The notes beneath the pieces are model-generated. The model saw only the letters and a list, made by a program, of their open reading frames with translations. It ran no database searches and had not been told where the DNA came from. Both the position numbers and the translations under genes were made by a program. From contig CM041465.1 of the NCBI GenBank assembly GCA_023213395.1, positions 73,849,741 to 73,913,740 on the forward strand: a stretch of DNA of 64,000 nt, read 5' to 3'. How positions within the stretch are numbered: position 1 is the first letter of the stretch; every line of letters begins with the position of its first letter. Below, in pieces: positions 1 through 14,163 of the stretch. The DNA comes from Cycas panzhihuaensis (lineage: Eukaryota; Plantae; Cycadophyta).

Positions 1-1000
1 ATTGTGTCCTATAAGGGAAGAAGGACTCACTCATACTCCATGGAATGGGGTGAAAGCTATGAATTGAGAAGTGACAAGTGATTCCACATGATGTAAAATC
101 AATGGGAAAATGGCTAACTCCTAGAAATGACTAATTTTGTGAGATGTGAAGTATGAAATCATTATTGAATGAAAATATTCTAAGTTCCATAAGGGAAAAG
201 AGGATTGCCCCTTGCACTCTATGAGTTGACTTATGAGATGGAGAAATTCTAATAAAGACCAATTTTGTGAAGTATGAAATGTAGTGTTGTGTAAAGGTGA
301 AGACAAATGTTAAGTCCCTATAGGAAATATGTTATACCCTTCATAGTCTGCATATTGAGTTAGGACTTGGATAATTATAATTGGTGAGTGGATTTGCAAA
401 GTGCACAATTATGAAACAAAGGTTTGCAAGCATATTAAAATATGAGGGTAAAAAGACATCAATAATTTTGCAAAGTGCAAAGTAGTAAAGGCATGAGAGA
501 ATCAACACATCTAATAATGGCTTATAAAGTCCAAAGATAAAGTTAATGAGTAATTTGGTAAAATGTGATGTTCATGAATATGAGTAAAATAAAATGCCAA
601 AATTCTTTTGCATTCAAATTCACTCAAGCATGGACTTGTAGAGGAGATTATTCCTAACTGCAAGGATTGAAAGTGATAGTTAATAGAAGGTTATAAAATA
701 AAGTGTTAACTTGATAAATCTTGGAGATTTTAAATTGTAATCCTCAAGTAATCAGTCAAGTAGAATGAGTAGATGTCAAAAGATTAGGTTTTCAGTGCAA
801 TCATTAATTTTATAACCACCAACTAGGGTTGTAAGTGGTAGATAAGATTCTTGACAACAATCATCCTCCTCATCTAAAAAAGACAAGTAAAGTGGAATTT
901 TGGAGACAAGAGGCAGAACTAAAAGGATAATGCATTAAAAGAAGGAATTCATTAAATGGTAATCCATGAGTCTAAGAGTTAGAGAAATGTAGAATACTCT
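1..1000 (+). repeat. Decayed LTR-like fragment, probably related (inverted) to the U3 of the Tekay-like G2 LTR
   Basis: Short matches to the reverse complement of 22540-22700 (e.g. ttgacaacaatcatcct vs ttgacatcatcatcct; tttggagacaag vs tttgggagactaag). No coding signal; boundaries uncertain. Confidence 0.3.
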
Positions 1001-1609
1001 TAAAAGGTGAAAGTTAGTACAAAGTATGCTGAGAGCAAAGGTTAAAAGTACATAAGAGATCTCACAATGGTGACAGTAGTGAGTGTAACAATAGAATTAG
1101 CCATATAAAGTTTGTGGTTAAGTCTTTGTTAGTAAGTAATTACCCGCAAGAAATTTATAGGAAATACTATTTAAAGTCTAATATGCCTAGATTGGGTCTC
1201 ACATTATCTAATAGCTCTTTTAAAGTACATTAATCTATAAATCCATATTTCTATTATGTTATTGTATTTCAAACCTTGTAAATAGACTTACACATAACAC
1301 AATGATATTTTAGTCATTAATAGAAATTTTATTAATCCATGTCAATTATATTATAGTTTGCTTATTACATGTTAATTGGTTTTTCTATAATATTTAATGA
1401 ACTTAATAGAGTTTGAGTTTTTCAAATTAAAACACCATAATTTAAAAAGCTTTTATAGCAGTCCTTGTTTAGAAGGACCCTAGTTTATTTATAATTAAAG
1501 CAAAAGCTAGTTAGTAGATTATTCAGGAAGAGAGAGAGAGCATTAATTAGTATCAAAGCTAAGGACTTTGGTGAAGTTATGAAAGGATATCAAACTGCCT
1601 ATATTAGTT

Positions 1610-1620
1610 TGGTATCAAAT
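1610..1620 (+). promoter_or_regulatory. PBS of G1 (tRNA-iMet complementary); a second att+PBS copy lies at 1540-1559
   Basis: tggtatcaaat after cctatatta-gtt; upstream copy gcatta-at-tagtatcaaagc. Confidence 0.65.
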
Positions 1621-1739
1621 CATATCTATAGGGAACATTTATAAATAGTTATCAAGTTAGAGATAGAATGCCTAGAAGGATGCCTATAAATAGATTGATA
1701 GTAACGATGTAAGAGCTAGAGGCTCTCATAGAAAGAATT

Positions 1740-4700
1740 AAAGAGATAAAGCAAAGAAATAAGTATAAAAGAAAATCATTAACTTAGAGCTAGAAGATAT
1801 TGGTGAGGAAAGATAACATATTCCACTAAGCAATCCATAGGATACCTTCAGGTTGTTAGGGTAAAACTTGAGAGAAAATAAAAGATATTTCACAAACATA
1901 GGCATCCTAAGTTTTGGTGGGAAACTAAAAGTAGAGGAGTTTGTTGATTGGATCCACACTCTTGAAAATTATTTGGAATAGGAAGAACTAGAGGAGTGAA
2001 TAAATGTCAAATTTACTGGCATGAAGCTAATTATCCATGTAGTAGTATGGTAGAAACGCCTATAGAAAGAGAGGATTAAAGGGGATAAAGAAAAGGTAAA
2101 AACCTAGAACTCCATAAAGGCAAAACTTTGGAAGAAATTCCTACCTATTGGTTATGAACAATAGTTGTTTAAGTAATTATAAAACCTAAGGTAAAAGGAT
2201 AAAATTGTATAACTGTATATAAATGCATTCTATAAATTATCCATTATAAATGGCCTAAAGGACCATGAGACACAATTTATTGTAGGATATTTGAATAGGT
2301 TGATCTTTTTTATTCAAGATGAGTTAGTATTGTTGAATGTTTAGATAGTTGAGGAAGTATATCAATTAGCTTTGAAGGTGGAAGAAACAAATTCTATGAG
2401 AGCTAGAAAGAAACATGTAGTTAAGAGGTATGGACCATTTGCACATAAAGTAAGAGGAGGTAGGTTCCTATACATGAATTAAAGTAGTTTAAACAAAACT
2501 ATGAGAAGAAATATGCCTATAAGAGGTTGGTAAAGAGCCCAAACTAAATTTAGAGGTCAAGGCAAAGGTAAAGGCAGGGACTAGCTACTTGTTATTCAAA
2601 ACTATCCTAAAAGTCCTTTAAAATATTGGATATGTAGTGGCCTTCATAAGACCCCAAATTATCCTATGAACCCAAAGTCTAAAGGAAAGGCTATGATGGT
2701 AGAAGAAGAAAGTCATACTTAAGGAGAAAATATTGAGGTTTGAGAAAATTTATAAGTATAGAGAAACATGATGTTGAGTCATGATGAGATTTCCAAGGTT
2801 CACTAAAAGAGGAAAAGCATCTTTAGAACTAAATACAACTATAAAGGAAAAGTGTACAAGGTGATAATTAATATAGGGTCATCGAACAACTTGGTAAGCA
2901 TTGAGATGGTAGAGAAATTCAAACTCCTATATATACCCAAGTCTTACCCTTATAGGATTTCTTAGTTTAAAAAGGAGCATAGCCTAGTAATTGATAGAAG
3001 TTACATGGTAGAATTTTAGGTTAGAACTATTATTGATAAAGCATATTATGATGTGGCCCTAATGGATGCATGCCATCTATTATTGGGAAGACCCTAGTTG
3101 TATGACAAAAAAGTCATCCATAATAGGAGCAAGAACACTTATGATCTAGTGTAGAATGGTCAAAAGCATTCTATCATATCTTTCTAAGAAGAAGAAGAAG
3201 AAGACAAGTAAGAGATTGCTTCATTCTCCTTGTTAAGTTAGAAAGAGTTTGTAAGGGAGACAAAGGAGGAAGAACGTTACTTACTCATCCCAAATGAAGT
3301 GGATGTTGTAAGTACTTTAAAATTACCTAAGCCCATGAAGGAGTGGTTGGAGGAATATAAGGATACCATGGAGCAACCACATGGTTTCTAGTAAAGAGTG
3401 GAATCGCATACTAAATAGACTTCATCTTGGGATCTAGATTACTAAATGAGGGATTGTATAAACTTACACTTATTGAGAATGAAGAAATAAAGAAGCTGAA
3501 TAGTGAACTACTTGAGAAGGGATTTATTTAAGAAAGTATAAATCCTTATGCTACCCCTACAATCTTATAACTAAAGAAAGGGGGAAAATAAAGACTTTAT
3601 ATTAATCATAAAACCTTGAATGAGATCATTGTGAAGAATAGGTATCCCATCCCAACTAAAAATGGCAGATATATTGGATTGCCTTATAGGGGATAAGATA
3701 TTCTCTAAATTTTATCTAAAGAGTGGATATCATCATATTAGGATTTAATAAGGAGATGAGTAAAATAACAAATTCAAAATAAAGGAGGGTTTGTATGAAT
3801 GGTGAGTGAAGCCATTTATTCTTTCTAAAGCACCAAGAACTTTCAAAGAATAATGAACCCTCTATTATAAAAATGTATTAATAAGTTTATAGTTATTTAC
3901 TTTGATGATATTCTACTTTTTAGTAAGAATTTAGCTAAACATATGTATCATATGATATTAGTAATGAACATATTGAGGAAGCAATATTATTTATTAACTT
4001 GGAGAAGAATGGATTCTAGTAAGAGAAGATTATGTTTCTTAGGAATGTAATTTCTACAAAGGGAATTAGTATGGATCCAGAGATGGTTAGAACCATTTTG
4101 GAATAGATCACATCATAGAGCATTATGAAACTAAGACGTTTCTATAGCTTTATAAAATTTAATATGAAATTTATCAAAAAATTTAGCAATGCTTGTACAC
4201 CCATAACTAACTATATTCGAGGGAAACATTCACTTAGACGAGGGTTGTTGATTAAAGTTTTGGGTTATTTAAGAATAAGGTAATGAAGGCACTTATCCTT
4301 ACCTAATTTAAGAAGCCATTTATTGTTGAATGTGATGTATTAGGATTTGTAATTAGAGGAGTACTTGGCTAGGAGGGTAATATGATAACATTTTTTAAGG
4401 AGAAGTTAAATGATGACAAGACTAAATATAATATATATGACCAAGAGTTGCATACAATTATATAAGCATCGAGATATTAGAGATATTGTTTACTACATAA
4501 AGAATTTATATTATTAATTCATTATCAAGCATTAAATTACATCAATTCATAAGCTAAGTTGGCAATAAGGCATATGAAATGGGTAATATTTTTGCAAAGT
4601 TAAAATTTTGTAGTGTAGTGTAGAAGTGACAAGTCAAATGTGGTTTTAGATACCTTAAGAAGAATGGCATACTTATTGACCACCATGAGCAATGAAGTTA

Positions 4701-6130
4701 TTAAGTTTGAGCAAATAAAGAAGGAGTATTCTTCTAACACATACTTTGATAAAGTTAGAGGCCTCGACTCACTTATAAGAGTCAAGTGACATGAAAATTT
4801 TTAATGACTTCTAATTAAATGATGGATTTATTTTTAAAGGTTCTTAGCTTTGCATTTTAATAGGTTCTACAAGGGAACAACTCATTAGGGAGATATACCT
4901 ATGGATTAAGAAATCATTTTAGTAGGGACAAAACTTACTTGCTAATAAGTGAAAAGTCATATTGGACATGCATAAGAAGAGATATTAACATAATGATAGT
5001 TATTTGTAGAGTTTGTCATATGACTAAAGGAGGCCAACAAAACATAAGGTTATATTAGGCCTTACCCATATGTGAGAGACCATGGGAAAATATCTCCATG
5101 GATTTTGTATTATAGTTGTAACTACTTAGAAGGGGTTATGGTTTTATCTTTGTAGTTATGAATATATTGTTTTTAAATGGAAACCTTTATTCCATGTAAG
5201 AAGACCAATGATGCTAGCCATATTGTTAATTTATCTTTTACAGAAATCATCAAACTATATGGATTCCAAAGACCATAACTAGTGACCTAGATATTAAGTT
5301 TATGAGTTATTTTTATAGGACGCTATAGAGGAGTCTAAATAGCTAACTATAGTTTAGTCTAGCCTATTACCTACATATTGATGGATAGATAGAGGTCATA
5401 AATAGAATTTTAGAAAATTTGTTAAGGATTTTAGTAGGTAGCCATACTAAGCATTGGGATTTGGTCTTGCCCTAAGTAGAATTTATATTCAATTTAAGTG
5501 TAAATAGATCTGTTAGGATATCACCATTTTAAATTGTGTATGGAAGAAATCCACCCTTAGTAGTGGACTTAATCCCCCTGAAAGGAGCTAATATTAAGGC
5601 ACATATGTACTTACATAGTAGATTGATAGTATATAACTTAAACTGAAGTAGAGGTTTGAAGAAATGAATGTCAAGCACTAGTAGGATGTAGATGTTCATA
5701 GAAGAGAGAAAATCTATGAACTTGGGGATGAAGTAATAGTATACCTTTAAAAGGAAATATTTGTGAGAGGTGAATATAATAAGCTAAAACTAAAGAAAAT
5801 TAACGCATGTAAAATGTTAAAGAGGTTACATAACAATGCTCACTTGATTAATTTACTAAAGGAGTTAGAAATTAATCCAATCTTCATTATGATAAACCTA
5901 TATGACTTTGATCATGATGGCAATAAGGAAGTTAAGAAGGAAGATGTTCTAAATGATAAGTCATAGGTAATTATGAAGAAGCTAAATGATCAAATAGAGT
6001 AAATGGTCGATACCAAGATCACTTACATAAGGGATGGAAATCATAAGATATACTTGGTAAAATAGAAGGAATTTCTAGATAGATAGAACTCTTAGATAAT
6101 AGAATGATAGTTGCTAAAGTTTAATTAAAC
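1740..6130 (+). pseudogene. G1 gag-pol pseudogene (gag, protease, RT, RNase H, integrase, chromodomain)
   Basis: Motifs IPKFGGKLKVEEFVDW (gag), KVIINIGSSNNLVS (PR), YFDDILLFSK (RT), VECDV (RH), HFSRDKT and RPWENISMDFV (INT), YLVK* (chromodomain). Many stops and frameshifts. Confidence 0.9.
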
Positions 6131-6677
6131 TACACTTGATATAGGAAGATCAAACCTTTTAAAATAATGGGAGATTGATGTAGGAGTATTCCTTTCCTCC
6201 TCTAATTATTGCTAAGCTAGATTTAAATGCTCCATAATAACTTCTGTTTTAAAATTTTGAAGTCTTACAATTTTGAATTTTTGAAATCATTATTATTTTT
6301 CAAACCAAAAAAAGCAATATCAACTTGATGAAAAATTCAATGGATTAGTTCTATAAAAGAAACTCACTATGGGATCTTTAATGAGCCCATACTCAAAAAA
6401 TAAATGTAAGATGAAGGAGTTGTGATGCTTTAAAGTTTGGCATTTTGTAGGTTTTGCGTTTTAGTTTTAACAAATTGTCTCACATCCAAAAGGATAAGAA
6501 GTTTCACAATATATAAACATAAAGTTGGTTTATATATGATTGGACTAAACATGCATTGTTTTGGTCCATATGGAAATGGAAGAAAGGTGGAAAATTGTAT
6601 GCAATATATGTCAGTGAGGTTGAGAATAATTTTGCAAAATATAGAATGCACATAAATGAAGTGTTTTAAGGTGGCAA

Positions 6678-7321
6678 TGTCACAAACCCTCTCCTTACTT
6701 AGGGTTAGTTATGACCTCACTTAACCATAATTCACATGATCCTACCAACTAAGATAATACCGTCTAAACTACTTGAATTATAAAATAGTAAAACAAAGTG
6801 TTGCATAAATGCACAATGAAAAACATATGCCCAAAATATATAGCTAGTTCAAGAGGACAAAGGTGTCTCTTAAAAAACATATTTTATTAGTAGTATTCTA
6901 GAAAAGAGAATAAGTGTTAAAGTAACATAATTCACCATTTAGTCATCATTTATACAACTTGACTATGAGAAAGACCAACCATATTACTCAGACATATTCA
7001 CCACCCAACCAATTGAATTCTTGAGGAGGAAAATGCCCTTAAGTCAAAGCACATAATATGAATGTCAGAGTATTAGTATGTCACTTGGCTTTCAACCTCA
7101 TAACATACCCAAATGATTTCTTTGGTTATAAATATATAAATAAAATGCTACAGAAATAGATTTGATCCTTCTTACTACACTTTAAATTACTCAAAAACAT
7201 TTGTAAATGCCATATCACATATGGTTCATTGCTAAATTAATATCTTTAGACTATATCTTTATGTAACCCTTGTGTCTTATACCACACATCACATAATTGA
7301 TAACCATGTATATGTCATTAA
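6678..7321 (-). repeat. G2 3' LTR, U5 part
   Basis: Starts tgtcacaaaccc; aligns by eye with 38365-39015. Confidence 0.8.
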
Positions 7322-7694
7322 TGTAAGAAGAGGGGTAGCATGCATAATATCACATGATTAAAGAATTAACCATACACAGGTGCCAAATGACATTGCATAC
7401 ATACACATTTTTGGCAGGTGGAAAACCCCTTTTGGGGAAGAAAAACCACCTCGTTAGTTCAAAAATTTATTGACTTAAAAAATAACTTTACATAAAACCT
7501 TGACAGAAATACCCTCTACATACAAATAAAAACTAGTCTTTAGACAGGCTTATGATAACCTCCTAAATTCCTGGAACCAATTCCTAGAATCTAGGAGAGG
7601 CTATTTGAAGAATGAGAGGTTCATTGAAATGGGTGGTTGCTTATTTCAACGACCTTCACATAATAATTAATAATTAACATTAGCTTTTCTAACA
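7322..7694 (-). repeat. C1 3' LTR
   Basis: Direct repeat of 21465-21909, lacking ~70 bp. Confidence 0.95.
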
Positions 7695-7738
7695 TCTCCC
7701 TTTAATGTTAACTTTTTGTACAATGATAAAGGAAGTCT

Positions 7739-10700
7739 TCATAATGTTGATCCCCCTTTGATGGAGACTTCTTTTATGTTCAGTAAATCTCGTAGGTTTA
7801 AAAAGTTGACTTTAGTCAATGACTTGGTAAGGATATCAACAACCTATAAATCTATAGGACAATAAGACAAATGAATAATATTATCAGTAATAAGATTACG
7901 AATAAAGTGTTGGTGCAATTCTATGTGTTTAGTTCTAGAATGAGCAGCTGAATTTATAGCAATAGCAATAACACCTTGATTATTAACTTTAAGTTCTATA
8001 GAAGAGTTAGGAAACAGACAAATTTCATTTAAGAGAGATTTGATCCAAAGTGCTTCTTTGCTTGCTTTAACAAGTGCTCGATATTCAGCTTCAGTTGTTG
8101 ATAGAGCTAGAGTCTATATTTTTTTACTAGACCATGTGATAGGTGAGGAATCAAAAATATATATATAACCTGCTGTTGACTTACAATCATTTGAGTCGCC
8201 TACCCAATCTGAATTAGTATACCCTATTAAGGTTAGAGGATTACTGTAAGAATTATAAGTTAGATTATAAAAGATACTATTTTGAAGATATCGAAGAATA
8301 CGTTTAATAGCTTTCCAGTGTGATTTATGTGGTTTTTATATATAACGCAAACATAAAGCAATAACATAGGATATATCAGGTTGAGTATGTGTTAAATAAA
8401 TAAGGCTGCCTATATAAAGTTGAATCATACAAGGGTGTGGAACAATCAGTAGATAATTTTACTCCTGATTGTAAAGGATTAGAAACCAATTTAGTATTTT
8501 CCATGTTAAACCATTTAATTAGATGTAAAATATATTTTGGTTGTGATATGGCTATTTTTGAATTATGTTGATGAATCTGTAATTCAAGAAAATAATGTAA
8601 GAGACCTAAATCGTTCATTTCGAATTTAGTCATCAAGTTTATTTTTAGTTGATGAATGTTATTGTTTGAAGATCTAGTGATGATAATATCATCGACATAC
8701 AGGACTAATATGGTAAGATTCTCATTTTCACATTTGAAATAGAGATTTGGATCATTGTTACATCTAGTGTGTCCAATTTGAATTAGGTAGTCATCAACTT
8801 TTGTATACCAAGCTCGATGAGCTTGTTTTAATCTATAGATTGATTTCTTTAGTTTACAAACTAAATTAGGGTTGTCAATAAAACCAGGTGATTGAGTCAT
8901 GTAGATCTCTTCTTTAAGATCACCATTTAGAAATATGCTCTTGACATCCATTTGATAGATTTTCCAGCGAAATTTAGCTACTAGGGCAATAATAGTTTTA
9001 ATAATATTCATCTTTGTAATAGAGGCAAAGGTTTCATTATAGTCTATACCATCGATTTGAGAAAATCCTTTCGTAACTAGGTAAGCTTTATACTTTTCAA
9101 TAGCACCTGTTGAATTGTATTTGGTTTTATAAACCCATTTACAATTAACTATATTTTTCCCTAGTGGAAGTGGAACAAGATCCCAAATTGAATTCTTATT
9201 TAAGGCATCAATTTCAATTTGTATGGCTTGCTACCATATGGTATTGTTGCTTACTTATTTAAAAGTTTTAAGATCATCACTGGCTATTATTTTGGCCATT
9301 AGTGCATAATTAGTTTATAATTTTTGAGAACGTATTTTCCTAGTATCTAAAGGATTACCTACGCCAGATCTAGCATCAGAAAGTATTTTCTTTACCCATA
9401 AGGGTTGTTTGTTTGTGACTGTTTCTATAGTCATAGGTAGAGATGAGGAACTAGCTTGAGAAGAAGGATCTATTATGGTTGGTTCAGATAGAGTATAATT
9501 CTGGACTTGTGTGGATAAGGATTCTATAGTCTCAGGTTTCTAGAGGAGTCAACCAAATAGGTGTTGGTTAAAAGATTCTCAATCGAAAGTTCTACATAAG
9601 TAGAGGTTAAAGAGGATTCTTCTTCATCAAATATTACGTCACGCAAAATTGACATTTTATGCGTGATTAGATCCAAACGTATGTAAGCTTTGCTCTCTTC
9701 ACTGTATCTAATGAAGATATATTTTTGACTTTTAGGATCTAGTTTCTTGCATTTTTCTTTGAGAACATATCCCCACGCAGTACTTCCAAAAATTCTCAGA
9801 TGTTTAACTGAGGGTTTTCATCTAGACCATTTTTGTTCTAGGGTAACGTTTTGTAAATATTTACTAGGTAAACGATTTAAAAGATAGTTGGAGTAGGCAA
9901 TTGCTTCTATCCACAACTTTAAGTCAAGACTCTTTGCATGTAGCATGTATCGAGTCGTTTCAACAAGAGTACAGTTCTTGCATTCAGCAACATTGTTTTG
10001 CTAAGGAGTATAGGCAATGGAATACTAAAATTGAATTCTGTGCTTCTTATAAAAGGAAGTGAATTTACCACTTAAGTATTCTTTGGTATTATCAGATCTA
10101 AAAATTTTAATTTTCAAGTTTGATTGATTTTCTACAAGTGTTTTGAATTCAGTGAAGATGTCAAACACTTGATTACGAGTTGTGAGTGTGTACACCCAAC
10201 ATTTTCTCAAAAAATCATCAATAAACATGACAAAATAACAACAACCAGAATATGAAGTTACATGGAATGGTCCACATATATTAAAGTGAACAAGTTTAAG
10301 TGGAACTTTTGCTCTGAATTGAGTCTGATGTGGAAAGGGAACCATATGTTGCTTACCTGTTACGCATGCTTCATAAACGCCATAGATAGTAGTTAAAGGT
10401 GGAAGACCATGAACCATGTCATATATTTTTATGTACTAAAGTTTGCCATAACTAGTATGGCCGAATCGTGCATGCCATAGTTTACCAACTGGGTCAAATT
10501 TAGCTATAAAGGCATTAAAGGACTTTGTTTTAGTATTTTGTAAACTAATTAAGCTATAGAGACCTGTTTTATAATCAACAGGTCCAGAGGTAGTATATTT
10601 GAATTTGTTTAATGGTTCTTTCATAATAAATTTATCTTTCCAAAATTTGATAATAAGGTCTTTTTGGCAGATTTAGTAGACAAAGAGAAGGTTTGGTAAC

Positions 10701-11928
10701 AAACCAGGCACGTAGAATACGTCCTTGATTGAACCATCTTCCAGAGTAACATCCCCTGATCCTTTCACTTTAAGTTGGGATCCACTCCCAAAAGAAATCT
10801 TTTCTTCAGAGTTAGTATCAGATTTATAGGTGGATAAATTCTCCTGGTGTCCTATCATGTGATGGGAAGCACCAGAGCTGAGAATTCATTGAGGTGATTG
10901 ATTAAATAGAGAAACAAATATAGAAGTTATTGCCATTAAAGAATGATTATGAGATTGTGGTCGGGATTGCAGTCAGGTTTGCAATCCGTTGGAATCTTTC
11001 TAGGCTTCTGAAGTTATTCTATTTCTGCAAACGTTAATCGTATAGCCTTTTTTATGGCAGTAGGCACAATTAATGTTCTAAGAAGGATTAATAGTGTTCT
11101 GATTTGAAAGAGACTGATTAGAAGTATTCTGATATTTAGGTGGACCAGAATACTTAGTATTATTTTGAGAACTAGGAGGTGAACATCTATGAGGTTTTTA
11201 GAATTTTGGATTACTATTAAAGTTGTTCTAATGTTTAGTTTTATTTTGAGGCTTAGATTTAGAAAAGAAACCCTGGGAAGGATTTTTTAATTTACCTGCT
11301 TAAATTAACATCGTTTGATATTCTATCAGTTGGTTTGTCAACTGATTAAAAGTTATTGGAGGATTACCAACTTGTTGTCTAGTAGTCTTAAAAAGATTAA
11401 AATATTTTGGTAATTTGTTTATCACAAGACAAACGAGCGTATCGTCATCTTTAGCATGTGTGACTATTTGTTCTACATCACCTACTTTAATTGTAGTTTT
11501 GATACAATTGCCTAGATCTTTATTAATTAGTTGAATTTTGGATAAAAAGTCTTCTACTTTGGAAAAAGTATCATAATTAAGGTCATACAATTGCTGTTCT
11601 AGGACAACCAATTGTTATGTGCCGACCTTATCGCATTTCTCCTTAAGAGTATTCCGCATGGGCTAGATTATGCATATCGGAGAACCACCTTGGTGATTTC
11701 TAGTGAGAGTGACGTCAAGATGGTGCCTAGGGCTGCATCAAAGTTCATCAGATATACCATATGGCTTTCTAAAGTTGTGTCTTTTGGTTTTTTGAATTCA
11801 CCTGTTACATTTCGCCATGTCTTCTATTGTTTAAGCTGATGGGAAATGTGATTCCTCCAGTCGGCATAGTTTGAGCCATTTAGAACTGGAATTGAAATGC
11901 AAGTGGTTGTCCCGGGCATTAGTGCCAT
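7739..11928 (-). pseudogene. C1 gag-pol pseudogene (gag, PR, INT, RT, RNase H)
   Basis: ATG at 11928 (MALMPGTTTCISIPVLNGSNY). LWHARFGH, QMDVKSIFLNG, LYVDDIII, GYTNSDWVG; Copia domain order; multiple stops. Confidence 0.95.
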
Positions 11929-12627
11929 ATTAGGAATTGTAAACATTGATTAAAAGTCTGTTTAAGTTTAAAAAAATTGGAGAATCTAGACGAAGAAGTA
12001 TAGGTGATAAAAGTCACTAAACATCAGATTAATCCTATTAACATTTCACAAACATGTTTAATCGAATGATAAGAAACTAAAATTCATTATTATTAAGTTT
12101 ATTTGGATACCCTTCCCCTAGAAAGAAAAATAATTAAATATTCCCCTTTTCAAAAAAAATGTTAATAGTCCCCCTTGTTGTTTAAAGAAATATGTTTGAA
12201 ATAAGTTACTTGTTCAATTATTAGCATAAGAGTTAAGTATTAAATAGAATAATAATAAGGGTGTTATGCAGACTAATTACCCTTTAGTTATCTATTTAAT
12301 GACAAAAAGAAAATTTTAAATAGTCCTCCTTTAGAGGAGGGGAAGGAGTTGCTCACTCAGGATGACTTTTTAAAGTATGTACTACATGAATTTTTACTAA
12401 GTAATGAAATGAAGCCCTTCCAGTGTGTATAATAGATGCATATCAAGTTTACCTAGTGATTAAACTTAAGAGTATGATTTATAAGGGTGAAGTTAGTTAA
12501 ACATAATTAAGGCTATTAGGATATCTAGCATTGTTGAGTTATTGAACCCATAGTCAATTCTATAATTTAAATGTGAACTAGAAAGTGAGTAATAATAGGG
12601 AATGAATGCATAACACTAATAGGGTAG

Positions 12628-13067
12628 TATTAGAAAATATAATGTAAACTTTATGTTTCATTTATGTTTCTTTAAGTTATTATTTAGTCACATGTTTAAA
12701 TTGTAATTTAAGTGATTATAATGTTTTAAACTTATGTTTATTTTAATAATTTGTGGATGGTCATTGAAATGCGAAACCACATTCCAACGAATCTCTGTAC
12801 TATTTATTCATCTCCTAGATTCATGGAGATGGTTCCAAGAATCATGGAAGTCAGTCCAAATGCCTGATTAAAGGCTGTTTTAGGGGTTGGTGGTTTTGTA
12901 TAGTGGTTTCATTTATTTATTAATAAAATTAGTTTTAGAGGTAGTTTTTCTTCCCCAGAAGGGGTTTTCCACCTGTTAATTGACGTGTACTTGTGCAGTG
13001 TTAATTTTTTGTTATTTCCTATTTCCATTGATCCTGTTAATGCTGTACTTATGCCTATTCTCTCACA
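12628..13067 (+). repeat. C2 5' LTR
   Basis: Direct repeat of 19707-20135; terminal TG decayed to TA; 11-bp local duplication near the start. Confidence 0.93.
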
Positions 13068-13214
13068 TGGTATCATAGCACAGTCAACCAGTGTCTTTTA
13101 GCAGTTAATATGAAAGATGAATGCTGAAATAAGGTCCTTCTAAACAACACACAAAGAAAGATTGCTTCGCAGCAGAGCAAGCAAAGAACTCACAGACATG
13201 GCTCTACAAGACAT

Positions 13215-13533
13215 CTCTCTTTCTCATGTCTTTCCTTCCTCTTATTGATGTTTGGCTATGATTGAGTAGCAAAGGCCTCCCTCTATATGATCCATTCACT
13301 ACAATAGATGCAATTGAGTTTGTTGAGCAGATTGAAGAACTGTCATCTGGTGCAGCTTGATGCTTCCTACCCACACAAACACTCTATGCTGGCCTTAAGG
13401 AGATGTCCCCACTGAAACTAGCTTCTATAGCTCGAGGTGTTTCTGAACCATCCCTATCCCAATTTGCTTGATCTGTATTCCCATCCTCCACTGCAGGTCT
13501 TAGTGTGCCAACAACATTATCTGCAGTGTCCAT
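13215..13533 (-). pseudogene. Captured host fragment: MATH-domain/TRAF1-like protein (At5g43560/At1g04300 family), central low-complexity region
   Basis: Translates as MDTADNVVGTLRPAVEDGNTDQANWDRDGSETPRAIEASFSG...*...DDSSSICSTNSIASIVVNGSYRGR...RGRK, matching the family motifs EDRDxSPVNWDTDxSE and DDSSSTCSTDSxPSVVMNGPYKG (recognised from memory, not searched). Confidence 0.75.
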
Positions 13534-13761
13534 TTAATAGCCCAGGAGTAACAGTTCCAAAAGCCAAGCGCATGGGACACTCACCTTGTGCAATTGTGGA
13601 GCAAAAACTCTACTCTTTTTCAGGTCCTATCATCAAAGATAAGTGGGGGAGGCATCACCCCTCATTTGAATTGAGGGCTGTACACAAGAAATACACATTT
13701 TACCATTTGATAGAGAAGAAGGTAAACCCAGGTTTAGGTTTTGTCCAGTGCAGAAGCGCCA

Positions 13762-13960
<199 letters not shown>

Positions 13961-14163
13961 AATGCAACTGAACTACCATTTCGATGCACCAGACTTGCGA
14001 ACGCAGCCATCTCCGTATCAGCCATGATCATCTCCTCTCTAGCCTGTAACCTGAGAAAGATACAAGAAATACGCCTCGCCACCACTGTTGTCGCCTCTAC
14101 AAAGCTGTCGAAGATGCCATCGCTCCAATCCTTCGCAGACCTGCAAGAAGACATAGCTACTGC

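Larger units (their letters stand above)
1100..6677 (+). mobile_element. G1: Ty3/Gypsy chromovirus, CRM-like, degenerate; 3' LTR truncated by G2 insertion
   Basis: 5' LTR end cctatatta (1598-1606) is a deaminated inverted repeat of the 3' LTR start tgatgtagg (6176), i.e. CRM-type TGATG..CATCA termini. PBS at 1610, PPT gggagat 6169-6175, gag-PR-RT-RH-INT-chromo order. Left boundary uncertain. Confidence 0.85.
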
